Positions 42,089-51,589 of a DNA stretch of 64,000 bases are shown here, one piece after another (the stretch's first letter is position 1; every line of letters begins with the position of its first letter). Position numbers and translations under genes: made by a program. The notes beneath the pieces are model-generated. The model was not told the DNA's origin, searched no databases, and worked only from the letters and a program-made list of their open reading frames with translations. Source of the stretch: Phycisphaerae bacterium (lineage in GTDB: Bacteria > Planctomycetota > Phycisphaerae > Phycisphaerales > Phycisphaeraceae); assembly GCA_030425705.1 (NCBI GenBank), contig JAUHZU010000004.1:267132-331131 (forward strand), read 5' to 3'.

Positions 42089-43075
42089 ATGGGCTGGTTC
42101 CTTTCGAGCAAGACCAAGGGCAAGAAGAAGAAACCCGCCGGCCGCGGCGCGTCCGCGTACGGCGGGGGCTGGGACCCGCAGCGGACGCTCCTGGGCGTGA
42201 AGTTCGCCGGCGCGGCCGGGGCCCTGGTGCTGTCGGCCTGCGGGTGGGTCTGGCTCGAGGGCGGGCTGGTCAACTACGCCAACGCACACCACGCCTGGCC
42301 GGTCGGCCCGGACGACGTCACGTTCAGCGAGACGCCGGACTGGCTCACCCCCGCCGAGCTCAACCAGATGCGGACCGAGCTGGCCGGGCTCATCGGCCCG
42401 GGCCCGATGGACGACGAGGGGCTGCGTGCCGCGGCCCGCTGGCTGCAGGACCGGCCGAACCTTGTTAAGGAACTCCGTCAGGTCCGCCGGACCCCGCAGG
42501 GCACCGTCGAGGTCGACGCCGACTTCCGCCGACCCGCGGCGACGCTGCGCATGTTCGACCGCGGCGCCTGGCAGGACGCCCAGGACGGGTTCCACGTCAT
42601 CGACGCGGACGGGTACCACCTCTACGGCCCGGTGCACTTCGCCGACGTCGACTACCAGGGGCTGCCGCTGATCCTCGGGGTGGATTCGAGCTACCGCCCG
42701 CGCGACGAGCAGGGCGAGTTCCACTTCCAGGGCAACGAGGTGCCCGCCGCGCTGGCACTCATCGCCGCGCTGGAGGACGAGCCGGTGCTGGGCATGATCG
42801 AGTCGATCAGCGTGAACAGCCGGGACGCGAAGCAACGGATTCGGCTGGTGCTGACGGTGTCGGTCCTGCCCAACGGCGCGGCCGAGCCCGTGTCGTGCAA
42901 GATCGTCTGGGGCCTGCCGCCGGGCCACCCCGACGCGGTGATCGAGGCCCCGGTCGAGGAGAAGATCAAAGCGCTCAACGCGCTGGTGTCTTCGGACCTG
43001 TTCCGCATGGGCCACCGCCCCGAGGCGTGGATCAACACCGGCAAGGTGATCTTCCCGCAGGCGATCGCGCCCTAG
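42089..43075 (+). CDS. Membrane-anchored protein downstream of ddl; possibly an FtsQ/DivIB-like (POTRA) protein
   Basis: Lys-rich cytoplasmic N-terminus, a single TM (FAGAAGALVLSACGWVWL), and a ~270-aa periplasmic domain. The dcw-like position after ddl suggests FtsQ, but no motif-level proof exists. Confidence 0.45.
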   Translation: MGWFLSSKTKGKKKKPAGRGASAYGGGWDPQRTLLGVKFAGAAGALVLSACGWVWLEGGLVNYANAHHAWPVGPDDVTFSETPDWLTPAELNQMRTELAGLIGPGPMDDEGLRAAARWLQDRPNLVKELRQVRRTPQGTVEVDADFRRPAATLRMFDRGAWQDAQDGFHVIDADGYHLYGPVHFADVDYQGLPLILGVDSSYRPRDEQGEFHFQGNEVPAALALIAALEDEPVLGMIESISVNSRDAKQRIRLVLTVSVLPNGAAEPVSCKIVWGLPPGHPDAVIEAPVEEKIKALNALVSSDLFRMGHRPEAWINTGKVIFPQAIAP

Positions 43076-43117
43076 CGGCCTGCCCGGCCGGGGGCGTGCC
43101 CGGCCTATGATCTGGCG

Positions 43118-44098
43118 ATGGACCCGACGCCCGACCAGCCCGCGGACGGAGACGACGCGCCCCCGGCCGAGGGTGCCGCGCGGCCGTTCGCGCCCCGGCC
43201 GACCCTCGCGCTGGACCACGAGCCGCCGATCAACGTCGAGGTCGGCTCGGGAGCGCACGGCGGCCCCGCGCCGCCGCGGGTCGCGCGCCAGCCCGGCCCG
43301 CTCGAGGCCGGGGGGCTGCGGATCGTGATCGTCGCCTGGTGCTTCTGGCTGCTGGGGTCGTGGGCGATGTCGTGGGTGGCGGAGACGTCCAGCGTGCTGC
43401 GGATGTTCCAGTACGGCGCGTCCGTGCCGGTGGTGCGGTGGATGCTGCTGTCGGGGATGCTGGGGATGATGGTGGTCTGGCCGGCGTTCCGCCTGGGCCA
43501 GCCGGTACACCCGCGCGAGCCGGGTCGGGGCGCGCTGCAGGCGTTCCTGGACTGGCTGGCGATGGTGGTGGTGTTCCAGGCGGTGGTGTGGTCGCTGCAG
43601 GTGATCGCGGGGTGGACGGTCGCCCGGGGGCTGTGGCTGGACGCGGCGGTGGTGTCGTGGACGCTGCTGACGGCGTTGATCGTCGGGTGGGGGCGGACGG
43701 TCGCATCGGGGCTGGTGCGGACGCTGGCGATGGGGCTGTGCCTGGCGGTCGTGCTGGCCGAGCCGGTGCTGGGCTGGCTGCGGGGCACGGAGCTGGGGTC
43801 GGGGGCGATGCGGTGGAGCCCGCTGGAGACGGTGTGGGTGCTGACGCACCTGCCCGAGCGGGCACCGGTCTCGCCTTGGGACGAACGGATCATCGTTGTG
43901 GGGGTCTCGGCCGTGCTTGGCTGGGTCGTGCTCGCGGCGTGGGGGTGGTTCAGCCGACCGCGTCGTCCGTTGGCGCGGACCCTGGAGGACGACCCGTACG
44001 GGCAGCTGGTGTCGGTGGTCGATATCGCCGCCGGCCAACGGGAGCCGGGGCCATCTGCTACGATGGTCCGCCCGACCGACCCGCGACAAGGGGGTTAG
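43118..44098 (+). CDS. Hypothetical polytopic membrane protein
   Basis: Five or more Trp-rich hydrophobic helices after a Pro/Ala-rich N-terminus. Confidence 0.5.
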   Translation: MDPTPDQPADGDDAPPAEGAARPFAPRPTLALDHEPPINVEVGSGAHGGPAPPRVARQPGPLEAGGLRIVIVAWCFWLLGSWAMSWVAETSSVLRMFQYGASVPVVRWMLLSGMLGMMVVWPAFRLGQPVHPREPGRGALQAFLDWLAMVVVFQAVVWSLQVIAGWTVARGLWLDAAVVSWTLLTALIVGWGRTVASGLVRTLAMGLCLAVVLAEPVLGWLRGTELGSGAMRWSPLETVWVLTHLPERAPVSPWDERIIVVGVSAVLGWVVLAAWGWFSRPRRPLARTLEDDPYGQLVSVVDIAAGQREPGPSATMVRPTDPRQGG

Positions 44099-44211
44099 GA
44101 CGACACCAACCCGAGGGCGATCTCCGGCCGCGACCCCGCGGTTGAGGTCGCCTTTGCCGGTTGGTTTTTTGCAACCGATGGCCCGGCCGCGCCGGGAAAG
44201 GAGTGCGTGAC

Positions 44212-44676
44212 ATGGAATTCATCACCAGCGAAGAAAAAGCCAAGCTCCAGGCCAAGCTGCAGCACCTCCGCGACAACCGGCCGAAGATCATCGAGCGCAT
44301 CGCCGAGGCCCGCGCCCTGGGCGACCTCAAGGAGAACGCCGAGTACCACGCCGCCCGCGAGGAACAGGGCATGCAGGAGGCGGAGATCAAGCGGCTGGAG
44401 GAACGGATCGCCACCGCGCAGATCGCCGACGACGTCGAGAAGCCCGACGACATGGTCTTCCTGGGCACCATCGTCAAGCTGCGCGACACCGACGACGACA
44501 GCGAAGACCTCTACAAGCTCGTCGGCGAGGCGAGCGGCAACTTCGACGCCGACGAGATCGAGGTCACCGCCTCCAGCCCGCTGGGCGCCGCGCTGATGAA
44601 GTCCCGCGTCGGCGAGACCGTCAAGGCCGACCTCCCCCGAGGCACCAAGCGCTACGTCGTGGTGGAGATCGTGTAA
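44212..44676 (+). CDS. greA: Transcription elongation factor GreA
   Basis: N-terminal coiled-coil (KAKLQAKLQHLRDNRPKIIERIAEARALGDLKENAEYHAAREEQGMQEAEIKRLEERI) and the C-terminal FKBP-like domain (GETVKADLPRGTKRYVVVEI). AAAGGAG RBS upstream. Confidence 0.9.
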   Translation: MEFITSEEKAKLQAKLQHLRDNRPKIIERIAEARALGDLKENAEYHAAREEQGMQEAEIKRLEERIATAQIADDVEKPDDMVFLGTIVKLRDTDDDSEDLYKLVGEASGNFDADEIEVTASSPLGAALMKSRVGETVKADLPRGTKRYVVVEIV

Positions 44677-44729
44677 GCGCGGTGGATCGCGGGGTGAGGA
44701 GCGGGGATCAAGTCCAAGATACAAGCAAA

Positions 44730-44758
44730 GAAGCCCACGCCGTGACGGCGTGGGCTTC
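44730..44758. terminator. Bidirectional terminator: perfect 13-bp-stem palindrome gaagcccacgccg-tga-cggcgtgggcttc between convergent greA and the SUMF1-domain gene
   Basis: Read directly from the sequence. The identical 29-mer recurs at 53368..53396. Confidence 0.7.
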
Positions 44759-44811
44759 TGTCGTTGTGTTGCAAAGAGGTTGCTGAACCCCCACCTCTCG
44801 ATCCCCGCCCC

Positions 44812-46560
44812 TTACTCCTCCGGCAGGTTCACCGGGTCGCACACGAGGCGGATGCCCTGGTAGTAGTGGTCGCGGTACCAGAACCGGCTGTTGGGCTTCT
44901 GCGGGTAGGTCTCGTTCCAGACGTCCTGGTCCTCGACCGACTTCCAGTCGGCGGTGAACTGGTCCAGCGGGAGCATGAAGTGCCCGCCGACAACGTAGCG
45001 CCCGCTGCCCGCGTCGGCGACCCACTCGGCGGCGTTGCCCAGCAGGTCATAGATGCCCAGCGCGTTGGCCGGGTGGCTGCCGACGGGGCTGCTGAGCTTC
45101 AGCGCATCGGTGGGGTCGGCGAACGGGTCCGCGAAGGGGTCGTTGGGGTCGGAGGCCTGGGTGCCGGCGTTGTCGCCGAACGTCGCCGTGCTCAGGATCG
45201 ACGCCGGGTCCCCCGGTATGCCCCCGCCCAGCTCCAGCGCGAGCCGCCACTCCGCCTCGGTCGGCAGGCGGTAGCGGCGCCCGGTCTCCTCGCTAAGCCA
45301 CTTGCAGAACGCCTGCGCGGTCCGCCAGCTCATGCTGATCGCCGGCCGATCACCCAGCCCGATCTTGAGCTGGTCGCTGTCGCCGTACAGCGTGGACGGG
45401 CGCAGGTCCTGGTTCTCCAGCTCCGCGGCGGTGTTCGGGTCGATGTCCGTGCGGTAGGCCCAGTCGTAGAACATGTCCCACGTCACCTCGTGGCTGGACA
45501 TGTAGAACGGCGCGATCCCCGCCGCCGCGTCCCCGGGCACGAGCACCATCTCGAAGGGGATCGACGGCTTGTTGGGGTAGGTCACCGTGTCGGTGAACTT
45601 GGCCGGCAGCGCCGCGACATCGACCGCCGGCATCTGTGACCCGGTCGCGCCGCTGGCGAGCCGGCTCTCGATGCCGTCCACCCGGTCCAGCAGGGCGCGG
45701 AGCTGGTCCGCCTGGCCCTCGAGCCGGGTGATCTGCTGCTCCTGCGCGGCGAGCATCTCGCCGTACCGGCTGAGCGTGGCGACGACGATGTCTTCCTTCG
45801 CGCTCGACGCGATCGTCGCGCGGATGTTCACCAGGTCATCCACCACCGAGCCCGGGACGCTGCCGCCCTCGACGTTGTACGCCTCCCGGCTGACGGTGAA
45901 CCCGACGCTCAGCACCAATTCCTCGCCGATGAACTCGACCACCGCGGGGATCTCGACCTCGTTCGACACGCCGTTGAGCTGGAACGTGCCGCGGACCAGG
46001 TGCGTCCAGCCCTCGGGGGCGTTGGCGTACGCCGCGTCCGCGGGCACGTCGGCCCGCGCAACGAACTCGCTGGCGACCAGCGTCGCCTCGGGGTGTGTCT
46101 TGTAGTCCCACCACGGCTCGGTCGGCGGGATGCCTTGGCCCAGCACGGTGTTGGTCAGCCCCGACGGCGCGGGCGGGTGCTCGTCGGCGTAACCGATAAA
46201 GCCCTCCAGCAGGACGCGGACGTCCAGCGCCTTGAGCACCCCGGCCGCAGGGTCGTAGACGACGGCCCCGGTGAGTTGGCTCCACGTGCCGTTGTAGTCG
46301 TGCCGGGCCCCGCCGAGCACCTTGCCGGTGTGCCAGACGATCATGGTGTTGCCGCCGGTCAGGGCGTGGCTCAGCTCCAGGGTCTTGTCGCTGGCCTGGG
46401 GTGCGTAGCCGGCCACGTTGGACAGGTCCACTGTCGAGGACTCGCCCTCGACCTCGTGGGCCTGCTGGTTCATGACCACCTGGTACGCGACCGAGCCGCC
46501 GCCGAGCAGCAGCCCCCCCGCCGCCATCGCCCCGATCACCACATTCGTCTTCGCGCCCAT
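44812..46560 (-). CDS. SUMF1/FGE-sulfatase-domain protein (formylglycine-generating-enzyme family fold) with ~330-aa N-terminal β-rich (possibly YceI-like) domain
   Basis: The C-terminal FGE-type domain (RLPTEAEWRLALELGGG ... GIYDLLGNAAEWVAD ... RFWYRDHYYQGIRLVCD) and an N-terminal signal anchor. Confidence 0.7.
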   Translation of the reverse strand: MGAKTNVVIGAMAAGGLLLGGGSVAYQVVMNQQAHEVEGESSTVDLSNVAGYAPQASDKTLELSHALTGGNTMIVWHTGKVLGGARHDYNGTWSQLTGAVVYDPAAGVLKALDVRVLLEGFIGYADEHPPAPSGLTNTVLGQGIPPTEPWWDYKTHPEATLVASEFVARADVPADAAYANAPEGWTHLVRGTFQLNGVSNEVEIPAVVEFIGEELVLSVGFTVSREAYNVEGGSVPGSVVDDLVNIRATIASSAKEDIVVATLSRYGEMLAAQEQQITRLEGQADQLRALLDRVDGIESRLASGATGSQMPAVDVAALPAKFTDTVTYPNKPSIPFEMVLVPGDAAAGIAPFYMSSHEVTWDMFYDWAYRTDIDPNTAAELENQDLRPSTLYGDSDQLKIGLGDRPAISMSWRTAQAFCKWLSEETGRRYRLPTEAEWRLALELGGGIPGDPASILSTATFGDNAGTQASDPNDPFADPFADPTDALKLSSPVGSHPANALGIYDLLGNAAEWVADAGSGRYVVGGHFMLPLDQFTADWKSVEDQDVWNETYPQKPNSRFWYRDHYYQGIRLVCDPVNLPEE

Positions 46561-46645
46561 CGCTCTCGCTTTCTAGATAGCCGTGGAAAGTCCAATACAT
46601 CATTGTAGATGATGAACCGGCTGGACGCGGCGGCGGGGCCGGGGA

Positions 46646-47704
46646 TTAAGGCCGGGCTTCACAGACGAGGCGGAAGCCCTGGAAATGGTGCCGGCCGTAG
46701 TACCAGAACCGACTGGGTGGGTTGTTTGGATAACTCTCGTTCCAAACCTGATGGTCCTCGGTATCGGTCCAGTCGGCGGACATCTCTGCGGCCGGCACGG
46801 CGAAGTGGCCCCCCATCAGGTACGCCGGGCCGCCCGGCTCAACCACCCACTCGGCGGCGTTGCCCAGCAGGTCGTACAGCCCGAGCCCGTTAGGGGCGTA
46901 CGACTTCACCGCCACCGTGCGGACCATCTCGTCGTACATCGGGTCGCGCGGGTCAAGCGGCCCGAGGAACTCGTCCTCGTACCTCGAGTTCTCTCTGAAT
47001 CCCCCCAGCGCCAGCAACGCCTCCGTATCGTCCGGGCACCCGCCACCCAAACGCAGCGCCAACGCAAACTCCTCGGGTGTCGGCAGACGGTAGGTGCGGC
47101 CGGTCTTTTCGGAAAGCCAGAGACAGAATGCCTCGGCGGTGGTGCGGGAAAGCGTTACCGCGGGAAGGGGATCGTCCTCCCAGATCCTGAGCTCGATTGC
47201 ACTAAAGTCGTACAGTGGAGATGGTCGTAACCCCTCGGCGATGAGCCGGTGAATCTCCTCGATGTCCACGAGATCGCGGCAATACATCCACGATTCCAGC
47301 ATCGCCCAGGTCACCTTCGTCTCACCCATGTAGAACGGCTCGATGCCCAGAGCGGCATCGCCGGGGACACGGATCATGTCAAAGGGGACGGGGTCGGTTT
47401 CGATCGCGACGGTCTCGCCATCCACGTAGTCGCGCCGCACATACTGCGGGGCGGCGTCGGTGAAGCGTTCGAGATCGCCCCGGAGCGGGTCGGGCGGGGT
47501 CTCGCCGGCATCGTCCTCTGCGAGCGGTGCGGATTCAGGTCCGGCCGGTCCGCCGCGTGGGTGATCCGCCGGCGCGGAGCGCTCGCTGTTGCTTGGGGCG
47601 GGGGGCGGGGTCGGCTCGGTTGCCGGCTGCGACTCGCCGCAGGCGGGCAGAAGCAAGACGGCAAGGAGCACCAGCATCATCAGTCTCGGCGGTCGGTACG
47701 GCAT
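46646..47704 (-). CDS. SUMF1/FGE-sulfatase-domain protein, paralog 2
   Basis: Signal peptide plus the same FGE-domain blocks (TYRLPTPEEFALALRLGGG; GLYDLLGNAAEWVVE; RFWYYGRHHFQGFRLVCE). Confidence 0.7.
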   Translation of the reverse strand: MPYRPPRLMMLVLLAVLLLPACGESQPATEPTPPPAPSNSERSAPADHPRGGPAGPESAPLAEDDAGETPPDPLRGDLERFTDAAPQYVRRDYVDGETVAIETDPVPFDMIRVPGDAALGIEPFYMGETKVTWAMLESWMYCRDLVDIEEIHRLIAEGLRPSPLYDFSAIELRIWEDDPLPAVTLSRTTAEAFCLWLSEKTGRTYRLPTPEEFALALRLGGGCPDDTEALLALGGFRENSRYEDEFLGPLDPRDPMYDEMVRTVAVKSYAPNGLGLYDLLGNAAEWVVEPGGPAYLMGGHFAVPAAEMSADWTDTEDHQVWNESYPNNPPSRFWYYGRHHFQGFRLVCEARP

Positions 47705-47819
47705 GGCGGCCCCTTGTCATCAGCAGCGCGGTCAAGTTGAGCGAGGCGCGGACACGGGAGGTGGCGGGTTTGCCCCTTATGGTGTTGCGTTCTTCGGGGT
47801 TTGGGCGTCTGATAGGGCA

Positions 47820-49067
47820 ATGAACCAGTGTAAACCACGGACGGCGAACGGCCGGCTGGCGCTACGGACCCGTGCCCGGGTTGCCGGGAAGTCGGGCCGC
47901 TGGTCCGCACGAACCGCATTGTGCTGCGCGCTTGCTTCGGGCTTTCTCCTGATGCCCGGCTGCGACAACAAAGCATCGGAGTCGACCCGTGCCGATGGCA
48001 ACGGAACGACGGAGACAACGGCCCAAGACCCCTCTACCGCTGTTCCGAAAGCATCGGATGTGGACGCCGCGCTGGCCTACGCCGACGCCCGCGCCGCGGC
48101 GGACGGGCTGAGCCGACACACGTTTGCGCAGGGGCTGATGGGGACGCAGGTGGTGATCTCGGTGTACGCCGACGACGCGGCGTTGGCCCAGCGGGCGAGC
48201 GGGGCGGCGTTTGACGAGATGCGTCGGCTCGAGTCGGTGATGAGCGACTACCCGCAGTCGTACCCCGACAGCGAGGTGCTCCTGCTCGCCCGCGCCGCGC
48301 ACGAACAGCCCGGCGAGCCGAGGCCGGTGAGCGACGACCTCTGGCCGGTGCTGGTGCGGGCGAAGGCGGTGCACACCGCGACGGACGGCGCGTTTGATAT
48401 CACGGCCCGGCCGTACACCGGGCTCTGGCGGATCAGCCGGGAGCGGCGCGAGCTGCCCCCCCCCGCCGCGCTGGCCGAGCACGCCCCGCTGGTGGGCATG
48501 CACCACCTCGTGCTGGATGAAGCGAACCAGACGGCGTACCTGGACGCGCCCGGGGCCTGGCTGGACCTGGGGGGGATCGCCAAGGGGTACATCGCGGACC
48601 GCGCGCTCGACGTGCTGCGTGATCACGGCGTCTCGATCGCCGAGGTGCGCGCCGGCGGCGACATGGCGCTGGGCGACCCGCCGCCGGGCCTGCCCGGCTG
48701 GCCGGTGAACGTGCCCGACTTCCCGCGCACCGGCGCGGGAGAAAACGCGGAGGGGCTGGCGTTCTACCACGCGAACGGCGGGTGCTCGGTGTCCGGCGAC
48801 GCGTACCGGTTTGTCGAGATCGACGGCGTCCGATACTCGCACGTCATCGACCCGCGCACCGGGCTGGGCGTCGTCGGCAGCCGGTACTGCTGCGTCCGCG
48901 GGCCCAGCGCCTTCGCGACCGACGCCGCCGCCACCGCGGGGTGCATCCTCGACGGCGGCGCCTTCGACGCGGCGCTACTGGCTCTGGGCGAGATCGAGGG
49001 GCCGCTCACCGGCTGGCGGTTCCAGGGCGCGGCCCAGGCCGACACCCAAGCAGACCCCCCTGAATGA
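47820..49067 (+). CDS. apbE: FAD:protein FMN transferase ApbE (lipoprotein)
   Basis: Signal/lipobox (LLMPGCDN) and ApbE conserved blocks (MGTQVVISVYA ... DGAFDITARPY ... LDLGGIAKGYIADRALDVL ... YSHVIDPRTG). The ORF is open from 47589; the ATG at 47820 was chosen. Confidence 0.8.
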   Translation: MNQCKPRTANGRLALRTRARVAGKSGRWSARTALCCALASGFLLMPGCDNKASESTRADGNGTTETTAQDPSTAVPKASDVDAALAYADARAAADGLSRHTFAQGLMGTQVVISVYADDAALAQRASGAAFDEMRRLESVMSDYPQSYPDSEVLLLARAAHEQPGEPRPVSDDLWPVLVRAKAVHTATDGAFDITARPYTGLWRISRERRELPPPAALAEHAPLVGMHHLVLDEANQTAYLDAPGAWLDLGGIAKGYIADRALDVLRDHGVSIAEVRAGGDMALGDPPPGLPGWPVNVPDFPRTGAGENAEGLAFYHANGGCSVSGDAYRFVEIDGVRYSHVIDPRTGLGVVGSRYCCVRGPSAFATDAAATAGCILDGGAFDAALLALGEIEGPLTGWRFQGAAQADTQADPPE

Positions 49068-49259
49068 GGGAACCATCCCGCCCCGCCGGCCGTCTTAGAG
49101 GGTGGGGCGACGTGCGATAACCCGCATGAGCCCCCGCGGGCGGGGGTTGGCCCCCCGATCGCCGATATCCCTCGGGGGAACGGGCTGACCGCGCTATAAT
49201 GATGGCGGGGCCCGGGATCCCGCCCCTGATTGCCTGCTACTCCCCTTAGGAGGGACGCC

Positions 49260-51026
49260 ATGACCCGCTCCCGCTTTGCGACCGCCTCGCTACTCGCCGC
49301 CAGTGCTGCCCTCGCCGTGTTCCCCGCGGCCGGCCAGCAGTACGTCCAGGACGGCAACGCCCACGACGCCAACCACCAGGTCGGCTCGGGCGGTGCGAAC
49401 CGCGTCGAGAACCAGGTCGACTACAACCAGCGCAACCTGCTCATCACCGGCCAGGTCGGCGGCGGGCGGGCGTTCCAGGACGAGGTCGGCTACTTCACGG
49501 CCGGCGGGTTCCAGGACGCGCTGGGCAGCGACTCGCTGTTCAACTTCCAGCGCGACAGCATCTACTCCTCGCCCCAGGCACTAGGCGTGCAGGTCCGCAA
49601 CGTCGGCGGGCAGGTCGTCGTCACCCGCAACACTACGCAGGTCCCCGGGCTGCAGGTCTCCACCGCGCTGGGCACCGCGACCCGCACCGTCTTCGACACC
49701 AACTCGGGCACCCTCTCCTTCCGTCGCGACGACGGCGGGCTGGTCATCGTGCCCGGCCTCCGCGACCTCCAGGACGTGCCCAACCTCTACTCCATCGGCA
49801 CGGTCCGCACCCAGGACGGCGCGCTCGCCCAGGTCAACGCCTCGCCGCTGACCGGTATCCAGATCAACCCGCTCCAGGCCGACCCCTACCAGTTCAATAC
49901 CGCCCCGCAGACCAACACGCAGGCCGACCCGAACCAGCCAACCGAGCCCGCCACGCCCGGCCGGTACGAGCCCGTCCGCCCGTGGGACAACCTCTCGGAC
50001 CCCGACGGCCCCGACGCGGACAACGTCAACGACCCCAACGCGATGTTCTACAACAACGGCCGGGCCGCGCCGTCCATGGTCCTGGGCAACCAGATCAACG
50101 CGCAGCTCGCGATGCAGACCCAGCAGACCGACCCGCGCAACCTCGATGGCTCGCTGACCCAGCTCAACAACTTCCTGTTCGGCACGGTCCAGCCGGGCGT
50201 CGGGCAAGACCCCAACCAGCCGCCGCGCGCCGCACAGAACCCCTACGAGGCGATCCTCGCGCAGATCCGCGAGCAGGCCCAGATCGAAGACCCCGACGAC
50301 CCCGGGGCCGTCAACGACCCGGGCATCGAGAAGCCCGAGTGGATGAGCGTGCTGGAGAACCCCGACGAGGCGGTGCTCGAAGCCATCAACCGCGCGAAGG
50401 ACGACGCGATCCGCCGGTCGCTCGGGCTGGTCGATGAGGACGGCCAGGTGCTCCGCGATGTCGAGCTGCCCGAGATCGACCGCAACTCCGAACTCGGCCA
50501 GATGATCGAGAACCTGAACTACGACCTGCCCCGCGTCGCGACGCTGTCGGGCGAGGACCGCCAGGTCCGGCACAACAAGATGCTGCTCCGCGCCGAGCAG
50601 GACCTCGCCGCGGGCAACTACCTCTCGGCCGAGAACATCTACCGCCAGGTGCTCCGCGAGTCGCAGAACAACCCGCTGGCCAAGGCCGGGCTCATCCACG
50701 CCCAGCTCGGCGGGGGCATGATCCGCTCGGCCGCGTTCAACCTGCGGGCGCTGTTCTCCGAACACCCCGAGCTGATCGCCCTGCGCTACGACGAGAACCT
50801 GCTGCCCTCCGCCGAACGCCTGCGCTGGCTCCAGCGCGAGCTGCAGGAGATGATCTCGCAGGACATCCACGGTGCCGAGCCGGGCCTGATCCTCGCGTAC
50901 CTCGGCCACCAGCTCGAGGCCGAGCCGCTCGTGCAGTACGGCCTGGGCGTCGCGCAGGAACGCAGCCCCCGCGACCCGCTGCTGCCCGTGCTCGACCGCA
51001 TCTGGCTGGACCACGAGAGCGAGTAA
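49260..51026 (+). CDS. Secreted hypothetical protein, Q/N/D/P-rich with C-terminal TPR-like helical domain
   Basis: Signal peptide MTRSRFATASLLAASAALAVFPAAGQ; an AGGAGGG RBS 4–11 nt upstream; 588 aa with no known domain. Confidence 0.55.
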   Translation: MTRSRFATASLLAASAALAVFPAAGQQYVQDGNAHDANHQVGSGGANRVENQVDYNQRNLLITGQVGGGRAFQDEVGYFTAGGFQDALGSDSLFNFQRDSIYSSPQALGVQVRNVGGQVVVTRNTTQVPGLQVSTALGTATRTVFDTNSGTLSFRRDDGGLVIVPGLRDLQDVPNLYSIGTVRTQDGALAQVNASPLTGIQINPLQADPYQFNTAPQTNTQADPNQPTEPATPGRYEPVRPWDNLSDPDGPDADNVNDPNAMFYNNGRAAPSMVLGNQINAQLAMQTQQTDPRNLDGSLTQLNNFLFGTVQPGVGQDPNQPPRAAQNPYEAILAQIREQAQIEDPDDPGAVNDPGIEKPEWMSVLENPDEAVLEAINRAKDDAIRRSLGLVDEDGQVLRDVELPEIDRNSELGQMIENLNYDLPRVATLSGEDRQVRHNKMLLRAEQDLAAGNYLSAENIYRQVLRESQNNPLAKAGLIHAQLGGGMIRSAAFNLRALFSEHPELIALRYDENLLPSAERLRWLQRELQEMISQDIHGAEPGLILAYLGHQLEAEPLVQYGLGVAQERSPRDPLLPVLDRIWLDHESE

Positions 51027-51029
51027 GCC

Positions 51030-51509
51030 ATGCCCCGCGCGGCGACCCCGAGGCACCACGACACCCCGACGTATGGGGCGGTTGCGCTGCGCGTCATCGG
51101 GCTTACCGCGGTGTTCTTCGGCTGGTTCGTCACCGCCGTGTTTGTCGTGTGGGGCTGGTCCACGTTCCAGGCCCGCGCCCGCCAGAGCGACGCGCCACAA
51201 GCCACGCACGGGCTGGTGTTCCCGGCTTCTGCGACGATCCACTCCCATGATGTCGACCCCGACGTCGTCCGGCTGGACGGAGGCGCGACGACGCGACTGG
51301 ACCTCGCTGCGGCCGACCTCCCCGCGTTCCTCGCGCAGCTCAACATCCAGCAGGCCGTCACGCCCCCTACCGGGCCGCAGGCGTTCGACCCCGGATGGAT
51401 GCGGGTCCGCTACGAATGCACCAGCACCACCGGTGATGCCTTGGTGGTCGATGTCGGCGACCCGAACCAGCCGATCGTCCCGGTCCGGTTGTACACCGAC
51501 TGGAACTGA
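51030..51509 (+). CDS. Hypothetical membrane protein
   Basis: 159 aa with one TM (ALRVIGLTAVFFGWFVTAVFVVWGW). It is translationally coupled 3 nt after the upstream gene. Confidence 0.45.
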   Translation: MPRAATPRHHDTPTYGAVALRVIGLTAVFFGWFVTAVFVVWGWSTFQARARQSDAPQATHGLVFPASATIHSHDVDPDVVRLDGGATTRLDLAAADLPAFLAQLNIQQAVTPPTGPQAFDPGWMRVRYECTSTTGDALVVDVGDPNQPIVPVRLYTDWN

Positions 51510-51589
51510 CCCCGCGCCGGGATCGGCCGTGCTCCTATACTGTCGGGCCGCACCCGCCCCGCTCCCCGCGGGGCTTTGGCTTTGATTCC

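Noticed and set aside
41969-44089. 706-aa minus-strand ORF opposite the FtsQ-like and membrane-protein genes
   Set aside because: Its P/R/H-rich translation is junk-like. The sense-strand proteins have a signal/TM organisation and normal composition.
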